Positions 1 through 13,861 of a stretch of DNA of 64,000 nucleotides are shown one piece after another. Each line of letters opens with the position of its first letter. Positions within the stretch are counted from its first letter, which is position 1. The stretch covers positions 3,722,001 to 3,786,000 of the forward strand of contig CM119373.1 in assembly GCA_051294905.1 (NCBI GenBank), given 5' to 3'. This DNA comes from Botryllus schlosseri. Taxonomy: Eukaryota. The notes under the pieces are model-generated. The model was not told the origin of the DNA. It saw only the letters and a list, made by a program, of their open reading frames with translations, and did not search any database. Made by a program: the position numbers and the translations under genes.

Positions 1-261
1 ATAGAGCCAAAAACTGTTAGGACCGAGGAAAATTACTATATCATGAATGCGAACCATTCCATATGACTCGAGCAGAGTTGAAAAAAGGGGGTTGGCTTGG
101 ATTGAACTGAAAACCGAACAGTGAGCATGGTGACTTGGACTCGAGTCAAAACCCTACGACTCAAACTCGACCTTTACCCTCGGACTTGACTCGGTGATGA
201 ATTGAAAATGACTCGACTTGGCTCGAGACAAAACTATACAAGCGATATTGATATTGAAATT

Positions 262-1088
262 TGTAATGCATACCCTCAGAATCGTCCAAAATTCGCAAAT
301 GCTGTTCTTTGTGGAATTCTGAGCACATTAAAAAAAAATTAATAAATTTCAGCGGTTCAAAAGATGATGCCATATAAAATTCTCTTGTCACTAGGTGGCG
401 CTACATGCAAAAATCTTTAAAATCCTTATTTTTTGCTTCAAAGGTGGTAGAGAACCAATTATAATGCTTAACTATGCAGTTCTGGGGCAGTAAATTGAAA
501 AAAATCAACTTTTTCGCTCTAAACTCAATGGATAAAAAGTTACAGATGAAAGAAAATGGGGGGGGGACGGACTTGAAAATCCATGTAGGAATCCGTTAAC
601 ACGAAAAAAAATTATTGTAAGACATACTTTGAAGCGGTGTGATCGATACAAAATGGGATTTTCAAATTAGACTCTATTCCTCAACAATCAATCCAATTTT
701 TTATCAATCGTACTGCTTCAAAGTACGTCTTGCAATAATTTTATTTTTGTGTTAACGGAATCCTACATGGATTTTCAAGTCCGTGCCCCCCAATTTTCCT
801 TCAACCGTAACTTTTTTCCTTCGATTTTAGAGCGAGAAAGTTGATTTTTTCAATTCCTTGGCCCCAGAATTGGGTTATCAGACATTTTAATTGGTTCTCC
901 ACCATCATTAACGCATATAATAGGGATTTTAAAGATTTTTGCACGCAGCACCACCTAGTGACGAGAGAATTTTGACTCGCGTCATCCTTTGAACACCTGA
1001 AAATTCTTCAATTATTTTACTTTAATCTACTTGAAATTTAAAAAAGAACATTTGTAAATATTGGAAAACTCTGAGGGTATGCATTACA
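262..1088. mobile_element. ~830-bp foldback (near-palindromic) element
   Basis: Ends TGTAATGCATACCCTCAGA / TCTGAGGGTATGCATTACA; arms are complementary almost to the centre (~670). Splits a GACTCGAGTC-type repeat. Confidence 0.85.
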
Positions 1089-1379
1089 GCCCTTGCTAAG
1101 TGATAACGGAATTAGCCTGTTTAGCATCGAGGTCAAGCCAGGCTCAACTCACTTAACTGCGAAACTTGTGAGTGATATCGAAAGCTACGAGAAGGATATG
1201 AGACACGAAAAAAGTCATTGTGTCAAATCACATGACTTAATCGAGTCAATTCACTTTCAATTTTTAAGAAAATGACTCAAGTCGAGTCGAGTCATCGAAA
1301 AATTGTGACTCGAGTTGTTTTACCCTGATTCAAACCTGGCCCCTGGAGTTGTGTAGGTTCACAGGATAGCAATCGTTAC

Positions 1380-4300
1380 CTGAATTCAGTACTTCCTTTC
1401 TCTTGATGTCTTTCACCAAATCGTTTCTGCGCTGCAGCAATTCTTGGATGAGGTCGAAACAATTGAAGCCCAGCAGGTCAACAAGCTGGAAAACAGACTC
1501 CACTTCCAGAGATAGCATAATGGTGATGGGTTCGGCTATTCGATCGAGTCGGATTAAGACGCGAAAATTGGCATCAGCGGCTATCCCGCAAGGCCGGGGA
1601 TTCACAAACTAGGGGTCACGCTGTGTAGCTTTCGTGCGTACCTCGTTTTGAAGATTGTCGTTTGACGTCGGTGACTGAAGCAGCGCTACGATGTTTGCCG
1701 ACAAGGTAGCGGAGCCGAAATACCTTGAAAAATATTGATGTTACATTGCGAAAAGACGCCTAAAATAATCTACGTAGTCATGGTTAGAATTTAGACAGGA
1801 ATATTTTCCTCTTATCACAAGAACTGCGTCAAAATTTAGTCAAAACTAAGTTTTTTAAGGTTAAAAATGTCAAATTTTTGATTTTTTAGGTCACTCGTCT
1901 CTTCTTTAGGTAAAAAAGTCGCTCTACTAATACAATAATATATCAGTCAAATGCATACTCGCTTTGATGTGTCGACCCAACTGTGGTCGACCTAAAATCA
2001 GTCAAACCGTACTCGCTCAATTTCCCGTCCAGCCACTGCATGGAGTACTCTTTCGAAGCCGCTGGCTTTTTCCGATTGGTCGGCTTATTCACGATCCTCG
2101 TGTGATTGGTCGACAGCTTCTTGAAGGAATCCACGAATCTGTCTTCGAACTGTGGTATTTCGTCGTCGGAATCTTCCTCGACGTGCCGTATAAGCGGCGG
2201 TATGGAAGGTGAGAACTGCAATAAAAATAGTGCTGTGCGTTATAAAATTGAAGCTCTTCACTATTTCGTGGCAGTGGTATCAGAATAGATTTTTTTTACC
2301 TAAAAATCGGAAGATTTTGACCAAAAAAAAACGAATTTTGACAAAATTTTGCCCTCATGTATGTAAATTATGTGCTTTAGCACATGATGTTGTACTACTT
2401 ATCTTCATTTCGGGTTGGAACTGTCTGTTCTTACGAAGTAGTTTGGCCTGAAAAAAACTTTTTGACATAAAGACTGACGAATTTTTACATGAAATAACTT
2501 TATTTTAACGAAATCTAGACCTATGAAGAATTACAGTAGTTACAACACGCATTATGGTGGAAATAATTAAAATTTGTTGTAGTACAACGAAAGATACTTT
2601 CCTACATTCTCGGGTAGAAAGTGTCTGTCCTTACTAAGTAGCTTGCCACGAATGGAGAAAGAACGTTCAACCGCAGCAGTTGTTGGCTGGCAACACTGAA
2701 GTTGTGCGTACACTGCTGGTGGCACACCGTGTTGCTACATTCTGACAACGTTGTCTACAATTTGTTTTATTTGACCGTTAACGATTCACAATGAACAGAC
2801 AATGGACCGTCTACGATGGTAGGCCTATAACGTAGGCTACAAGCTGTAGAATGTGAAAGGATAAGTCAAAAATTTTCTAATGCAGCCTACGAAATAACTT
2901 CATCGAATGCACAGATAATTATATTACGCGTCATTCAACTCAGCTGCACCACGCCTAGATCAGTTTGTGGAGAAGAAACAATCGCAGTCATCACATGAAT
3001 TTCGCCTTATTAGTGTGTGTTATGAATGATCATAGGCAGATTAACTCGTGGGCCACATTTATTTAGAAACTTCCGGGCCGACTTTTTTTGGTGATCAATC
3101 CACGTTAATACACGTGTATACATATTGAGAAGTGGTGGGCTATTATTTTTCCAGACGGGCTAAATCTGGAGCAGAAAATACGTTGGAGGGTCGAGACAAA
3201 AGTCTAGACTTTGTTCTGCGGCGTGCAGTTTTATTTCTAAATCGAAAGCAGCGAATTACATAGTTAACACGTGTTGCAAAGTGGACGTGTTAATATTAGG
3301 CTGTGTCCGTAGATCTATGCGCCTTGGTATAATTGCCTTGCTCCATTTATAGCTTCGCTAGCAGGTCCGCATCAGCCGAGTATGTGAATTCGTTGCATGA
3401 TTTTTCTCATAAATGCGATCTAAATAATATTTGAATTCGGAAACGTATGACGCGACAGTTTAAAGCAAAGACATAGTAGCAAACAAGATATGAACTTGCA
3501 TATGAAAACAATGACTTTTGACTTAAATTGATACAGCATAATATGCTAGATCAGTGGTTCCCAACGTGGGCGAAAATAGCGAAGGGGGCGATAGGGGGGC
3601 GATGACGCGTTAAAACGGGTATGTTGGAGTCAAGTCGGAGAAATGACCTTTTTTATTTTATTTTTTTAGTCATCCCACGAAAATTCAGCTGCAAAAGTGT
3701 AAAATTAGACATGGAACGGAAAAGTTGACCATTTTTTTTTTTAGTCAACCCGCCGGTGATTACTGTTTGTATACCGGTTTTTCAGTTCACAAAATTTGGG
3801 GGGCGATGATCGGCGTTGAGCTTGAAAAGGGGGCGATGAGTCGAAAAAGGTTGGGAACCACTGTGCTAGATTCTGTTTATTTTGTACCTGGATACGTTAC
3901 GTAATCACTGTACATTAGGGCTGTTCAGAAAAACTTTTTCTCCAGATTTCACTGGCTATGTGATAAAATTGTCAGGTTGGTGGAAACAACACTGTACACC
4001 AACTTCGGCTCAATTCCAACCAGTAGAACCGAGTTTCTTGCAGTAGAAAGTTTTGAGTTTATCATTAAAAAAAAAATTCACAATTTTTCTGTCAACCCCA
4101 TAGAATTGTTACGCTATCAGTAGAGATGGTGCACACCAAATTTGGCTCAATTCCAACCACTAGAAACGAAGTTGTTGCACCAAAAAAATTTTCAATACAT
4201 GATTTTATAATAAATAATTAACGAGTTAGCCACCGTAAATACTATTTTATTCAAATCCAAGCCAAAGCGTCTGCAGGAACGCATAAACCAGCATGTCCCC

Positions 4301-7300
4301 AGATTTATCAGAACACATGCATCAGGCTCGGTGAAAAGCTCACCCTTAACTCATCCGCTTAAGCTTGATGCTGACCGATCAAAGGCCATTAATTTTGCCA
4401 TTGGCAAACATCTGTTAGATCATCCGATTTGTGCGAATAATTATCGAGACGACAGATTTCGCGTCGTTGGGAGGGACTGTTCACACTTCCATTTGTGTGC
4501 CTTGGAGTCGACTTTTATCAAAATACACCAACCCAAACTCCGTCAACAAAAGGAGTTTGTGTACCACCTAAAAATAGTACATTAAACGCTCTCTCTTTCA
4601 TGCTGGTGACGTGATATTTTCTGATACGATTGTTGATATACAATGTTCTTTCCAATTCTCTACTAGTTGCTGAAGATTACTCCTGACGAGTGTCAGCCGA
4701 AAATATTCGGGTTCATTTCAATATGTATATACAATTCAATTGTATATTGAAGTTCTGTACCTCCAAGAAGCTTTTTTGTTTTTTAATGAATTCAAAACTT
4801 TCTACTGCAACAAAATCGCTTCTACTGGTTGGAATTGAGCCAAAGTTGGTGTGCAGCGTTGTTTTCACCAACCTGATAATTTTATCACATAGTCAATAAA
4901 ATCTGAAGAAAAAGGTTAATTTTGAACAGCCCTACTGTACATAAATAAACTAGACTTCAAAGTAAACGCATTTGCGTTATACACTAGTTTTTGTCCACAG
5001 AATAACAATAATAATCTAACTTCCAAGTAAGTTTTCGCGGGCCGCTCAATGCCCAGGTCTGATATTGAGTAAAGTTGGGAGTTTCGTTAATTTGTTGTTA
5101 CGCAACAAATCATAGCCCCTCGAGGTTGTGCGCGGCAAGAAAAAGGGTTCAGTTCAGTACCCCGGCATTAAAGCGTTGCTCACTTTAATTTTCTGTCCAA
5201 AAGTCACCGAAGTCCTGCTCGCATTTATCTGAGCCGCGATGTTTTCGACGGCGCGCTCTCCCACCAACTTCTTGATCCTCTTCACTACCTCGTGAAAGGT
5301 CCGAACGTCATCTTGTCGGGCGGTGGGAACAATTTTCCTGCGCGTAAGACAAATAATTTATCGAAAAACAGGCTCTAAACAGGGTATCGCATGATATGGT
5401 AAGAAATTAGTTATGAAATGTAGAATGCACATTAGGGCTGTTCAAAAAAAAAACTTTCACATCAGATTTCACTGGCAACTTGATAAAATTGTTAGGTTGG
5501 TTAAAAAAACGCTGCACACAAACTTCTGTGGCTCAATTCCAACCAGTAGAAGCGAGATTCGTGCAGTGGAAAGTTTTGAATTTATCATTAAAAAATTAAA
5601 TATAAAATTTCAAAATTTTTCTGTAAACTGCATAAAATTGTTGGGCTGTCAGTTAGATGAAACTCACCAAATTTGACTCAATTCCAACCACTAGAAGCGA
5701 AGTTATTGCAGTAGAAAAATGTATAATTCCATGATTTTATAATATATAATTAATGAGTTAGCCACCGTAAATACTATTTTATCCAAATCCAAATTTTTCT
5801 ACTGCAATAACTTCGCTTCTAGTGGTTGGAATTGAGTCAAATAAGGTGTGCTTCATCCAACTGACAGCCTAACAATTTTGTTAGGTTTACAGAAAAATTT
5901 TGGAATTTTATTTTTTAATGATAAATTCAATACTTTCTACTGCAAGAATCTCGCTTCTACTGGTTGGAATTGAGCCAAAGTTGGTGTGCAGCGTTTTTTT
6001 AACCAACCTAACAATTTTATTATGTAGCCAGTGAAATCTGAAGGAAAAACTTCTTTGGAACAGCCCTAATGTACATTTACACAAGTATTGTATGGAAATT
6101 CCTGACCAACTCTATGCTGCGACTAATTGCTTGTTTGTTGGCTCGCACTTCTTCATGGTGCTAGACATTACGCAAGGGCTGTAGGCTAGAGACTCGAGTC
6201 AGGACTAACGAGGGTTTTTACGTGCAACTCTTACTTCTGTTTCGTTCTAGAGCATTTCGGCCGAATAATACGGTCATCCGGTGGATCTGGTGTCAGAATC
6301 ACGCGGATTACACTGTATACAACTCTAATCTAATCTAATTTGGAAAAAATGTGCAACTAAAATTCTAATTCGGATCTAATTTGGAAAAAAACTGTGTAGC
6401 TATAATTCTATTTCAAACTAAATTTGGAAAAACGCTTTTTAGCTTTAATTTCAATTCCAATCTAATTTGGAGAACTGTGTAGCTATATCTCTATTTCTAA
6501 TCTAATTTGGAAAAACGCTTTTTAGCTTTAATTTCAATTCCAATCTAATTTGGAGAACTGTGTAGCTATATCTCTATTTCTAATTTAATTTGGAAAAACG
6601 CTTTTTAGCATGAACTCTAATTCCAATCTAATTTGGAATATACTGTCTAGTTATAATTCAATTTCAAACTAAATTTGTTTAAATCTAATTGTAACCTAAT
6701 TCGGAAAAAACTGTGTAGTTACAATTCTGTTTCAAATGAAATTTGAAAAAACGTTGTATAGCTTTCATTTTAATTGTAATCTAATGTGGCAAAAACTGAG
6801 TAGCTATAATTCTATTTCTAATTTAATTTGGAAAATGCTGTTTAGCTTTTAGTCTAATTCTAATCTAATTTCGCAAAAACTGAGTAGCTATAATTCTATT
6901 TCTAATTTAATTTGGAAAAACGCGGTTTAGCTTTAATTCTAATTATAATCTAATTCGGAAAAAACAGTGTAGCTATATCTCTATTTCTAATTTAATTTGG
7001 AAAAACGCGGTTTAGCTTTAATTCTAATTATAATCTAATTCGGAAAAAACAGTGTAGCTATATCTCTATTTCTAATTTAATTTGGAAAAACGCTGTCTAG
7101 CTTATTTCTAATTCTAATCTAATTAGGGATAAACTGTGTAGCTATAATTCTATTTCCAACTTAATTTGGAAAAACGCTGTTCAGCTTTAATTCTAATTCT
7201 ACTCTAATTTGGAAAAACTGTGTACCGTACCTATAATTCTAATTCTAGTTTCATTTAGAAGAAAGCTATTCAACTACAATTCTAATTCTAATATAATTCC

Positions 7301-9378
7301 GAAAAGCTGTGAAATTTGTGAAAAAAGTTGTGAAATTTCAAACAAAATTAGCATTTGGATTTCTACACTCATCAAATTTTTGAAGAATGCAGCAGCGAAT
7401 TCTCACTTGATCTTGGCGATGTGACCGGCCTCCACATGCTCGAATTCCATAGTCGTGATGAAAATTTCCGTGGCAAGGGTCTCCTTCACGTCCACGGTCT
7501 CTTCGTCTCCAACTAAAGCAATAGAGGAATTAATTCGAGTAGATGTAAGCTTTTTGCAGAAATTACGCCAACATGGTGCCAAACCTGAATTATTTTTTTA
7601 ATCCTGAAAATTGCTATGAATATGGGCCGGTTATAGTGTGCAGACGTCAGGGTGAATGTACCATAATTTAGAGAGGATACATGGAGCCCTAATGGGTTGC
7701 AATCATCCAGATCAATGCCCACGCTCAATGTAAAAATGAAGATTGCTAAAATTTAATTTGGGTATCTTGGTTCGCAAAAACTAGTTTATCCTGAAAATTG
7801 CAATGAACATGGGCCTATCGTATAGTTTGCAGAGACCAGAGTGAATGTAGCATATTTCTAGAGCCCCACTGGACCGTAATGACCAACATTATACAATCAT
7901 TGTTTGCTGGAACACGTAAATCAGCACGTACCAAGATTTATTAGGACACGGGCATCACGCTCGGTGAAAAGCTCGCCCTTGACTCTTGTGTCAAAGCTTA
8001 ATGGTCCGCAATCAAAGGCCATAAATTCTGCCATTGGCAAACGTCTGTTGGATAATCCCGCTTGTGCAAAAAATTATCGAGACGACAGATTTCGTGGCAT
8101 TGGGAGGGGCCGTTCACACTTTTATTTGTGTGCCTTGGAGTCGACTTCCATCAAAATACACCGGTCTAGGCTGTGTCAATCAAAAGAGTTTGTGTACCAT
8201 CTAAAAATGGTACATTGAACGCTCTGGTTTTCATGCTGCTGACGTCATATTTTGTGATACGATTGTTGTCTAAACGATGTTCTTTTCCAATTCTCTACTA
8301 GCTGCTGACGATTACCCATGACGAGTGTCAGCCGAAAATATTCAGGTTGAATATAGGCTACCATTCTGTACCTCCAAGTAGCTTTACAATCATTGTAGTC
8401 GTTGCTCATACAAACAATTATATTTTACAAAGTAGCCTATTAAAGTAGGATATCACTATAGCCACGAACTCACTCATTTCTCCAGCTTGAGCGATAAGGT
8501 CCAAGAGGTACGATCGCAGCTGTTTGGAAGCCTGCCGTTGCTTACAGCCTGCCCAAAGCATTGTGACCAGTTCTTGCCAAGTCATTTCGATTGGAGCCAT
8601 CAGTTCTCTCGCCTGCAAAACAAATCAAACAAAAATAGTATATATAAGAGGGAATGAGGTTGTAGGGTCAGACTTGCAGGCCTAGAAACTGGTGGATTTT
8701 CGAAACGCGCAAATAGAAATAGAACTAAAACTGTTTCTCACTTTTCAACTCGCAATTAGAACTAACTAACAACCTTTAAAACCCCGTAACTGACTAACTC
8801 ATAACTGATATTACGAATCACTACCGAATTACTAATGAGCTTAGAAATGTTAGAGACATAGAATTGGCATTTCAAAAGGACGGGGTTTCAGTTGGAGATG
8901 GGAGGGTTTTCGACCTCAAAGACCCACCCCCTGGCTAGCCCCCTGTCGGTAGTGATGACTCTGAGCTAGCAATGGCTGCAAGAACGTCACAAAACAGAAC
9001 ACCGATATCACAATTCGATTCACATCAAACGACATGTTTTCTTCATTCTTGTTGTTCTTATACACTAAATTTTGCTTATATGCGCAGCTAGAGCTAGAAC
9101 TACTCACTATCGAAATCCGCAACTACAACTTAAAGTCTAGAACTATAGAACTAGTCAAAAAAAACTGATTGTTAGTTGACTGTCAAACTAAACTAAAACA
9201 AACTGGTAAGGTAAGGTAGTTTGTACAGGTCGGTTTCAGCGGTTAAAGAAAATCTATCACATAACAGACGATCTAATACCTGTTGCTTGCTTTTTAGCGA
9301 GGAATAATCCTGAGAAACGGTGCCGAATTCGCGTAACGCTGTGGTGAGCCTTGGGTCTTCCCTCCATGATGTTGCCAT
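1380..9378 (-). CDS. ASCC3: Activating signal cointegrator 1 complex subunit 3 helicase, N-terminal part (gene continues off the left edge)
   Basis: Exons 9378-9280, 8612-8474, 7512-7407, 5337-5184, 2215-2013, 1723-1642 and 1485-~1380 have GT-AG boundaries and consistent phases. Spliced protein reads MATSWREDPRLTTALREF...MTWQELV...TFGQKIKFS...LLQSPTSNDNLQNELVDLLGFNCFDLIQELLQRR. This matches recalled ASCC3 N-terminal motifs (PRLTGALRSF; FFGKNLAFS; ELQDELFELLGPEGLELIEKLLQNR). The last donor is uncertain (1380 or 1336). Confidence 0.88.
3552..3863. mobile_element. hAT-type MITE
   Basis: TIR CAGTGGTTCCCAAC; TSD TGCTAGAT on both sides; partial copy at ~11660-11862. Confidence 0.88.
4260..4772 (+). 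mobile_element. Penelope-like retroelement family A, 3' fragment (GIY-YIG C-terminus + hammerhead)
   Basis: Peptide RLQERINQHVPRFIRT...AIGKHLLDHPICANNYRDDRFRVVGR...LESTFIKIHQPKLRQQKEF. Inserted in the middle of a palindromic MITE in an ASCC3 intron. Confidence 0.85.
4679..4712 (+). ncRNA. Minimal hammerhead ribozyme (PLE family A)
   Basis: actc-CTGACGA-gtgtcagcc-GAAA-atat-TC-gggt; palindromic AATATT stem III, very short stem II. Confidence 0.65.
5429..6071. mobile_element. Palindromic MITE (TAGGGCTGTTCA family)
   Basis: Same ends and internal motifs as 3913-4937; partial relatives at ~38030-38413 and 38997-39120. Confidence 0.82.
6320..7290 (+). repeat. Tandem satellite, ~40-43-bp monomers in an ~83-85-bp dimer
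   Basis: Alternating AATTTGGAAAAACGCTTTTTAGCTTTAATTTCAATTCCAATCT and AATTTGGAGAACTGTGTAGCTATATCTCTATTTCTAATCT units; period 83 between 6421 and 6504. Confidence 0.92.
7903..8385 (+). mobile_element. Penelope-like family A 3' fragment
   Basis: ORF 7904-8218 is homologous to 4331-4585; degenerate hammerhead at 8314-8347; same TCTGTACCTCCAAG end. Confidence 0.85.
8690..9230 (+). repeat. Interspersed repeat (CTAGAACTA family)
   Basis: Homologous to 32040-32432 and, inverted, to ~44350-44720. Confidence 0.6.
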
Positions 9379-9779
9379 TCCGACGCGTATTCCGCTACCA
9401 AACGATTTGATAGGACACTTATTTGTCGTCCCAGCTCACAGAATAGTCCAATTTAGGCTAATTGGACTATACAACAATTAAAATTCACGCTAAATAGCTA
9501 ATATTCGCCTAGAAAACTTGCAATTCACGGCACCTACGGCCCCGTCACATCGCAAACATGAGTTTCGAGTATGCGGCGTACTGCAGAAAAGCAAGTTGAT
9601 GTTTGTAGTTACTGAGTCGTGACTGGTCAATGCTGGCTGATTGCGACACGATTTTGCAACATCACGAATAGTATTTTGAGCATTTACGATAGCATTTGGC
9701 AAATCGATGTGAAAGACGGAGTTCGAATTAGCTTAGAAAATTAATCTCAAGATTACGATTACATCGTATCTTTATAGCG

Positions 9780-10041
9780 GGGGAGATAGTGTAGTGGAAA
9801 CGATAAGCGCTCACCAATCTGACGGAGCCGGTTCGATTCCCGTTAGAGGTTTATCTGAGCTCCTCTTCCCCGCCGTCGCCGTTCTTACGGCGACAAAAAT
9901 GCCCGGAAAAAGACCCGACGAAAGAAAGTACTCTCAAGGAATGGAAGGAACTAGTAGAAAGGGCCGCGGCTTCAAAAAGAAAAGAACTGTGACATCGGGC
10001 ACTCTAGGCCGAGGTGGATGTTAGAGTAAATGATCGCTACT
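9780..10041 (+). mobile_element. tRNA-derived SINE
   Basis: A box TAGTGTAGTGG (9787-9797), B box GGTTCGATTCC (9830-9840); no tRNA acceptor stem; 3' tail TCTAGGCCGAGGTGG...CTACT recurs at 25127-25160. Confidence 0.75.
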
Positions 10042-13039
10042 GATGCGTGTCGCTCGACCTCCTATCTTTTCATGACATCGCATTGTGTCTTATCGCATTG
10101 TACATTGTGAATGCCTTGTTCAGATGAAAAATATAACCCCACGATAATATATAGCTCGTTCGTTTATAATAATATTTTCATCAATTCAAAACACCACAAG
10201 ATTTAGATACAACGAAAAGGTAGGAAGGAATCTATTGGCGTAGAAATAGAAACTGTCACTGAATAAAACAATAAAAGGATGTGATTAAAATCAAGTGACA
10301 TATGCGTCGGTAGGTGAGGCCGGTAATCGGATCGTGGCCCGGTGATGTCAAGCGCTGACTAGCATAATTATATTTTTTATCCAGTACAAACTGCTGGTCC
10401 TATTTTGACCATGAATTTGAAAAATGGACGACATGGACAGGACATGTTCGATAGGGTCACCTTACGTCTTCCTTTCGGAGTATTTGTCCTCCTTCTTCAG
10501 AAAATTGAAAATGTCCTCGAAAGACGCCTAAATGTCCTCATTAATTCCTGGCAAATCATCCTCCGTAACAGATTTTATGGCTTGGGAAATGGTCAGTGTC
10601 AACTGAAAATCGGCGTAAATGACGTGGAACAGGTAATGCGGACCTTCGAGCGGATCATTCGGTATTCGAATGAGAGTGATGACCTTTTTTTAGTCAACAG
10701 CAAAAAAGTAACGTGAAAAGTGTGTAATTCGGTTACAGAGTCAAAGTTATGACCTTTTTTTATTCATTATTATTACTTTAGTCAACATAGCACACAACAT
10801 GATTTACAATAGATATATCAAAAATCAGCAGTTTGGTTGGTAAAAGTGTCCTCTCTTTTCCCGATTCCAAAATACGGTAACACCATATAGTGTCCTATGA
10901 TAAGAGTATAGTCTCTGTGGTCCGTCAATTCGCGGTAAAATGTTATTTCGTGTTGCTAAATTAATAATCTGCAGAATTAAAACATATACTTTGAGCCGTC
11001 GGTCAGGACCATAAAGCGTAGGCCTATATCAAATGTTCCCTACAACCCATCAAACACGAGATATATTTAGGACATGTTCGGATATTTTTTGTCTCAAAAT
11101 TATGTTTGTGTATATCTTGTGCTGAAAATATATAGATAGGCTACAAAGCATGAGTATCACATTTGCCAGGTCTATAAAGTGTCCCGGGGGAAATTTCGTC
11201 TTGTTAACGAACATATAGGCCACTTCGCCGTTGAGTATGTAGACTATCTATTTTATATTTTAAATGCCGAGTTGATCTTTAGAATATTTCCTTACGCAAT
11301 CGATTTTCCATGTATAAGCACCTCAATCGAATAATAAGGTTAGCTTCATGTGCTTTCCCGAAATATATCTAAATTCCAAACAGGCGTTGCGCAACCGTCC
11401 GCGCGAATATGCTGGAATTGATTATTCGCTCACTGCCAGATACTGAACAGCCTGAAACTCCTAATTACGTTTCCTAACATCTGTCTATTCTGTCTGACTG
11501 AGGAAGAAGCTATTGACTGTGCGGATTCAACAGTATCAAACTGGGCATTCAGACTTGCAGCAAAAATATATAATTGAAATGCAAGACAACGAAACGAAAG
11601 ACACGTAGGCCTACCTGTAGCAGTAACATACGAAATACCAATTAAACAAGTCGCAATCAATTTTTTTTTTAGTCAACCCACGGAAATTTAGTTGTAAAAG
11701 TGTCAAATTCGACATCGAGCCGAAAAGTTGACCTTTTTTTTAGTCAACCCGCCGGTGATTACAATTTGTATGCCCACTTTTCGGCACACAAAATTTGGGG
11801 GACGATGATCGGTGTTGAGCTTGAAAAGGGGGCGATGGGTCGAGAATGGTTGGGAACAACTGATTTAGGCTATACTCGTTTAGCGTTGATATTTTTATTC
11901 TACCAGCGCCATGCAGAGAGTGGCCCGAAGTTGAGATGTGAGGAATTTCAACCAAAGATGCTCCAGTGATGTGAAAAATTGTAATAGGCTATATGAAAAA
12001 GATTCACAGTGCAGAATCTACAAAGGCTCGTTTGTGAACGTAAACTTCTAGATTTCCGAGGTTCACTCAGAGAACGCGAACGCGAACCTCACGTTCACAC
12101 CGTCCCTTACAGGAATGCTACACAAAATGGAAACAATTGATATTAAAAGTCTTGGCGATTGCGCATGTTATGTTTTAAGATTTATTTGATGAGGCGATGA
12201 TTCCTGGTTTTGCGGAATCAGTTTGCATTTCAGCTACTGTCTAGCACAGTGGTTCTCAACCGGTGTGCCATTTACGTCTCGCAAGTGTGCCGCGAGAGAC
12301 TTACTCGAAACCTTTGAAATTGTGCACTAAATAATTCTAGTCCGTAGCAAATGATCCATAATCGAAAACGGGCTCGATGTGAAGTTTGAACAGTACATTT
12401 GACCAATCAACATTGCTGTCTTCCCTGCAATCAATATCTTCCCGAGATATAACCTGCCTTGATAAGGTTGCATAAAGTTTTACACACTGCGTTGATTGAA
12501 CGCAGAGAAGAGCAGACATGGCGGCGCCTGTATGACAATGCAGTTGTCAAATCCTTATCGTCTTCGTTAACCACCGAGAAATGAATTCCATTTGAAGTGA
12601 TGTTCACATTTACAAATTTGAATTACAAACAATAGACATCCACATTGCGTTTGTTTGGTAGCGTGTCGGCACTAGTGTTAAAATGTAGGCTCGGAGCACA
12701 ACGTTATGTTCCTGGCGACGAATTTGAGAATTGAAAAGTAAAGATGATCTAATTACATCAGTTAACAAATTTTGCGTTTCTGCAGTTATATGATGGTGCG
12801 GATGGATATTGTAAATAATTGTTACTATTTTTCTGACGTGGAGTAATTCAAATAAACCTTATTTACGATCGCGTATGTTCTTTCGTACTCTTCAATGGCG
12901 TTCGTATTTTGGTGATCAAGGTAGGCTAATCAAGCCTTCTCGCCGCTATATAAAGCGTCTGCCTTCCACCAATAGTTGGTTATTTACGTTTACGCAAAAT
13001 TAGTTGTAAATGTTACCTGCGTTCCTTACTTTCGTCGCA

Positions 13040-13245
13040 AGTTATTACGTTCATTCTGATGTATGTTGCTATACTATACGACTCGGCTATTTTCATTCGG
13101 TTGCATGTTGCCGTTGCTGTTCTCCAAGTGTCTGCTATCTTCATGCAGTCTTAGGTTGCTGTTGCTGTATTACGTCTTGGCTAGGCTATCTTCATTTGGT
13201 TGTATGTTGCTTCTGCTGTTCTACCTGTCAGCTATCCTCATTTGA
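13040..13245 (+). repeat. ~49-bp minisatellite (4-5 units)
   Basis: GCTATYTTCAT...TGTTGC.GTTGCTGT units start near 13085, 13134, 13184 and 13231. Confidence 0.7.
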
Positions 13246-13861
13246 ATCGGACTTGACAATTTACTAGCTCATAGACTACGTGTACGCCCTGGGCGAGACT
13301 TCCAGGGAACCCCTGTACAGGTATGTAATCGCAGCTTCTGTGGGGCGTAGCCCCCAGACCCCCCTTTCGCATCTAATGTTACCTACTTAATATTAGTGCG
13401 CCATATGGAACGAAATCACGTGATGTGTATGTGACACTATAACAAGGCTTTGAAGTTGGTCTAAATATGCTAAATAGACCACACTAATCTAGGATGCTAT
13501 CGGCTGACTCAAGTAATAAGCCAGCAAACCACGTCAAGGTTTGAGCCAGGTGCTGGATTGTGGTCATATCTATTATTTCATGGTTGCAAGGATAGACTAT
13601 AACAGCAAAACTTTAAAGTTCCTCTACCGCATGCAGTAACTTTATGATTATCGGCATATGGGACTTTTCTAACAAATGCAGAGATTTGATCATTGTCCCA
13701 TCTGTACAGCATCATCTTCTTGATAATTACAAGGACTTCCACGTTCCACTTTTCGCTATAACACTTGAAAAAAGCTCATTAACCTAAGAGGGGACCCTTC
13801 GACCAGGGGGTGCCTTGGGCGACCGCCCACCTCGCCTACCCCAAATGCCACAACTGATTAG

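Larger units (their letters stand above)
3913..4937. mobile_element. Palindromic MITE (TAGGGCTGTTCA family) with nested Penelope fragment
   Basis: Ends tgtaCATTAGGGCTGTTCA / TGAACAGCCCTACTGtaca; internal TCAATTCCAACCA repeats. Confidence 0.8.

Noticed and set aside
6320..7290. CRISPR-like array
   Set aside because: Contiguous tandem monomers without unique spacers, in a eukaryotic intron.
9780..9850. tRNA gene
   Set aside because: A and B boxes are present but there is no acceptor stem or cloverleaf, and it continues into a repeated body and tail, so it is called a SINE.
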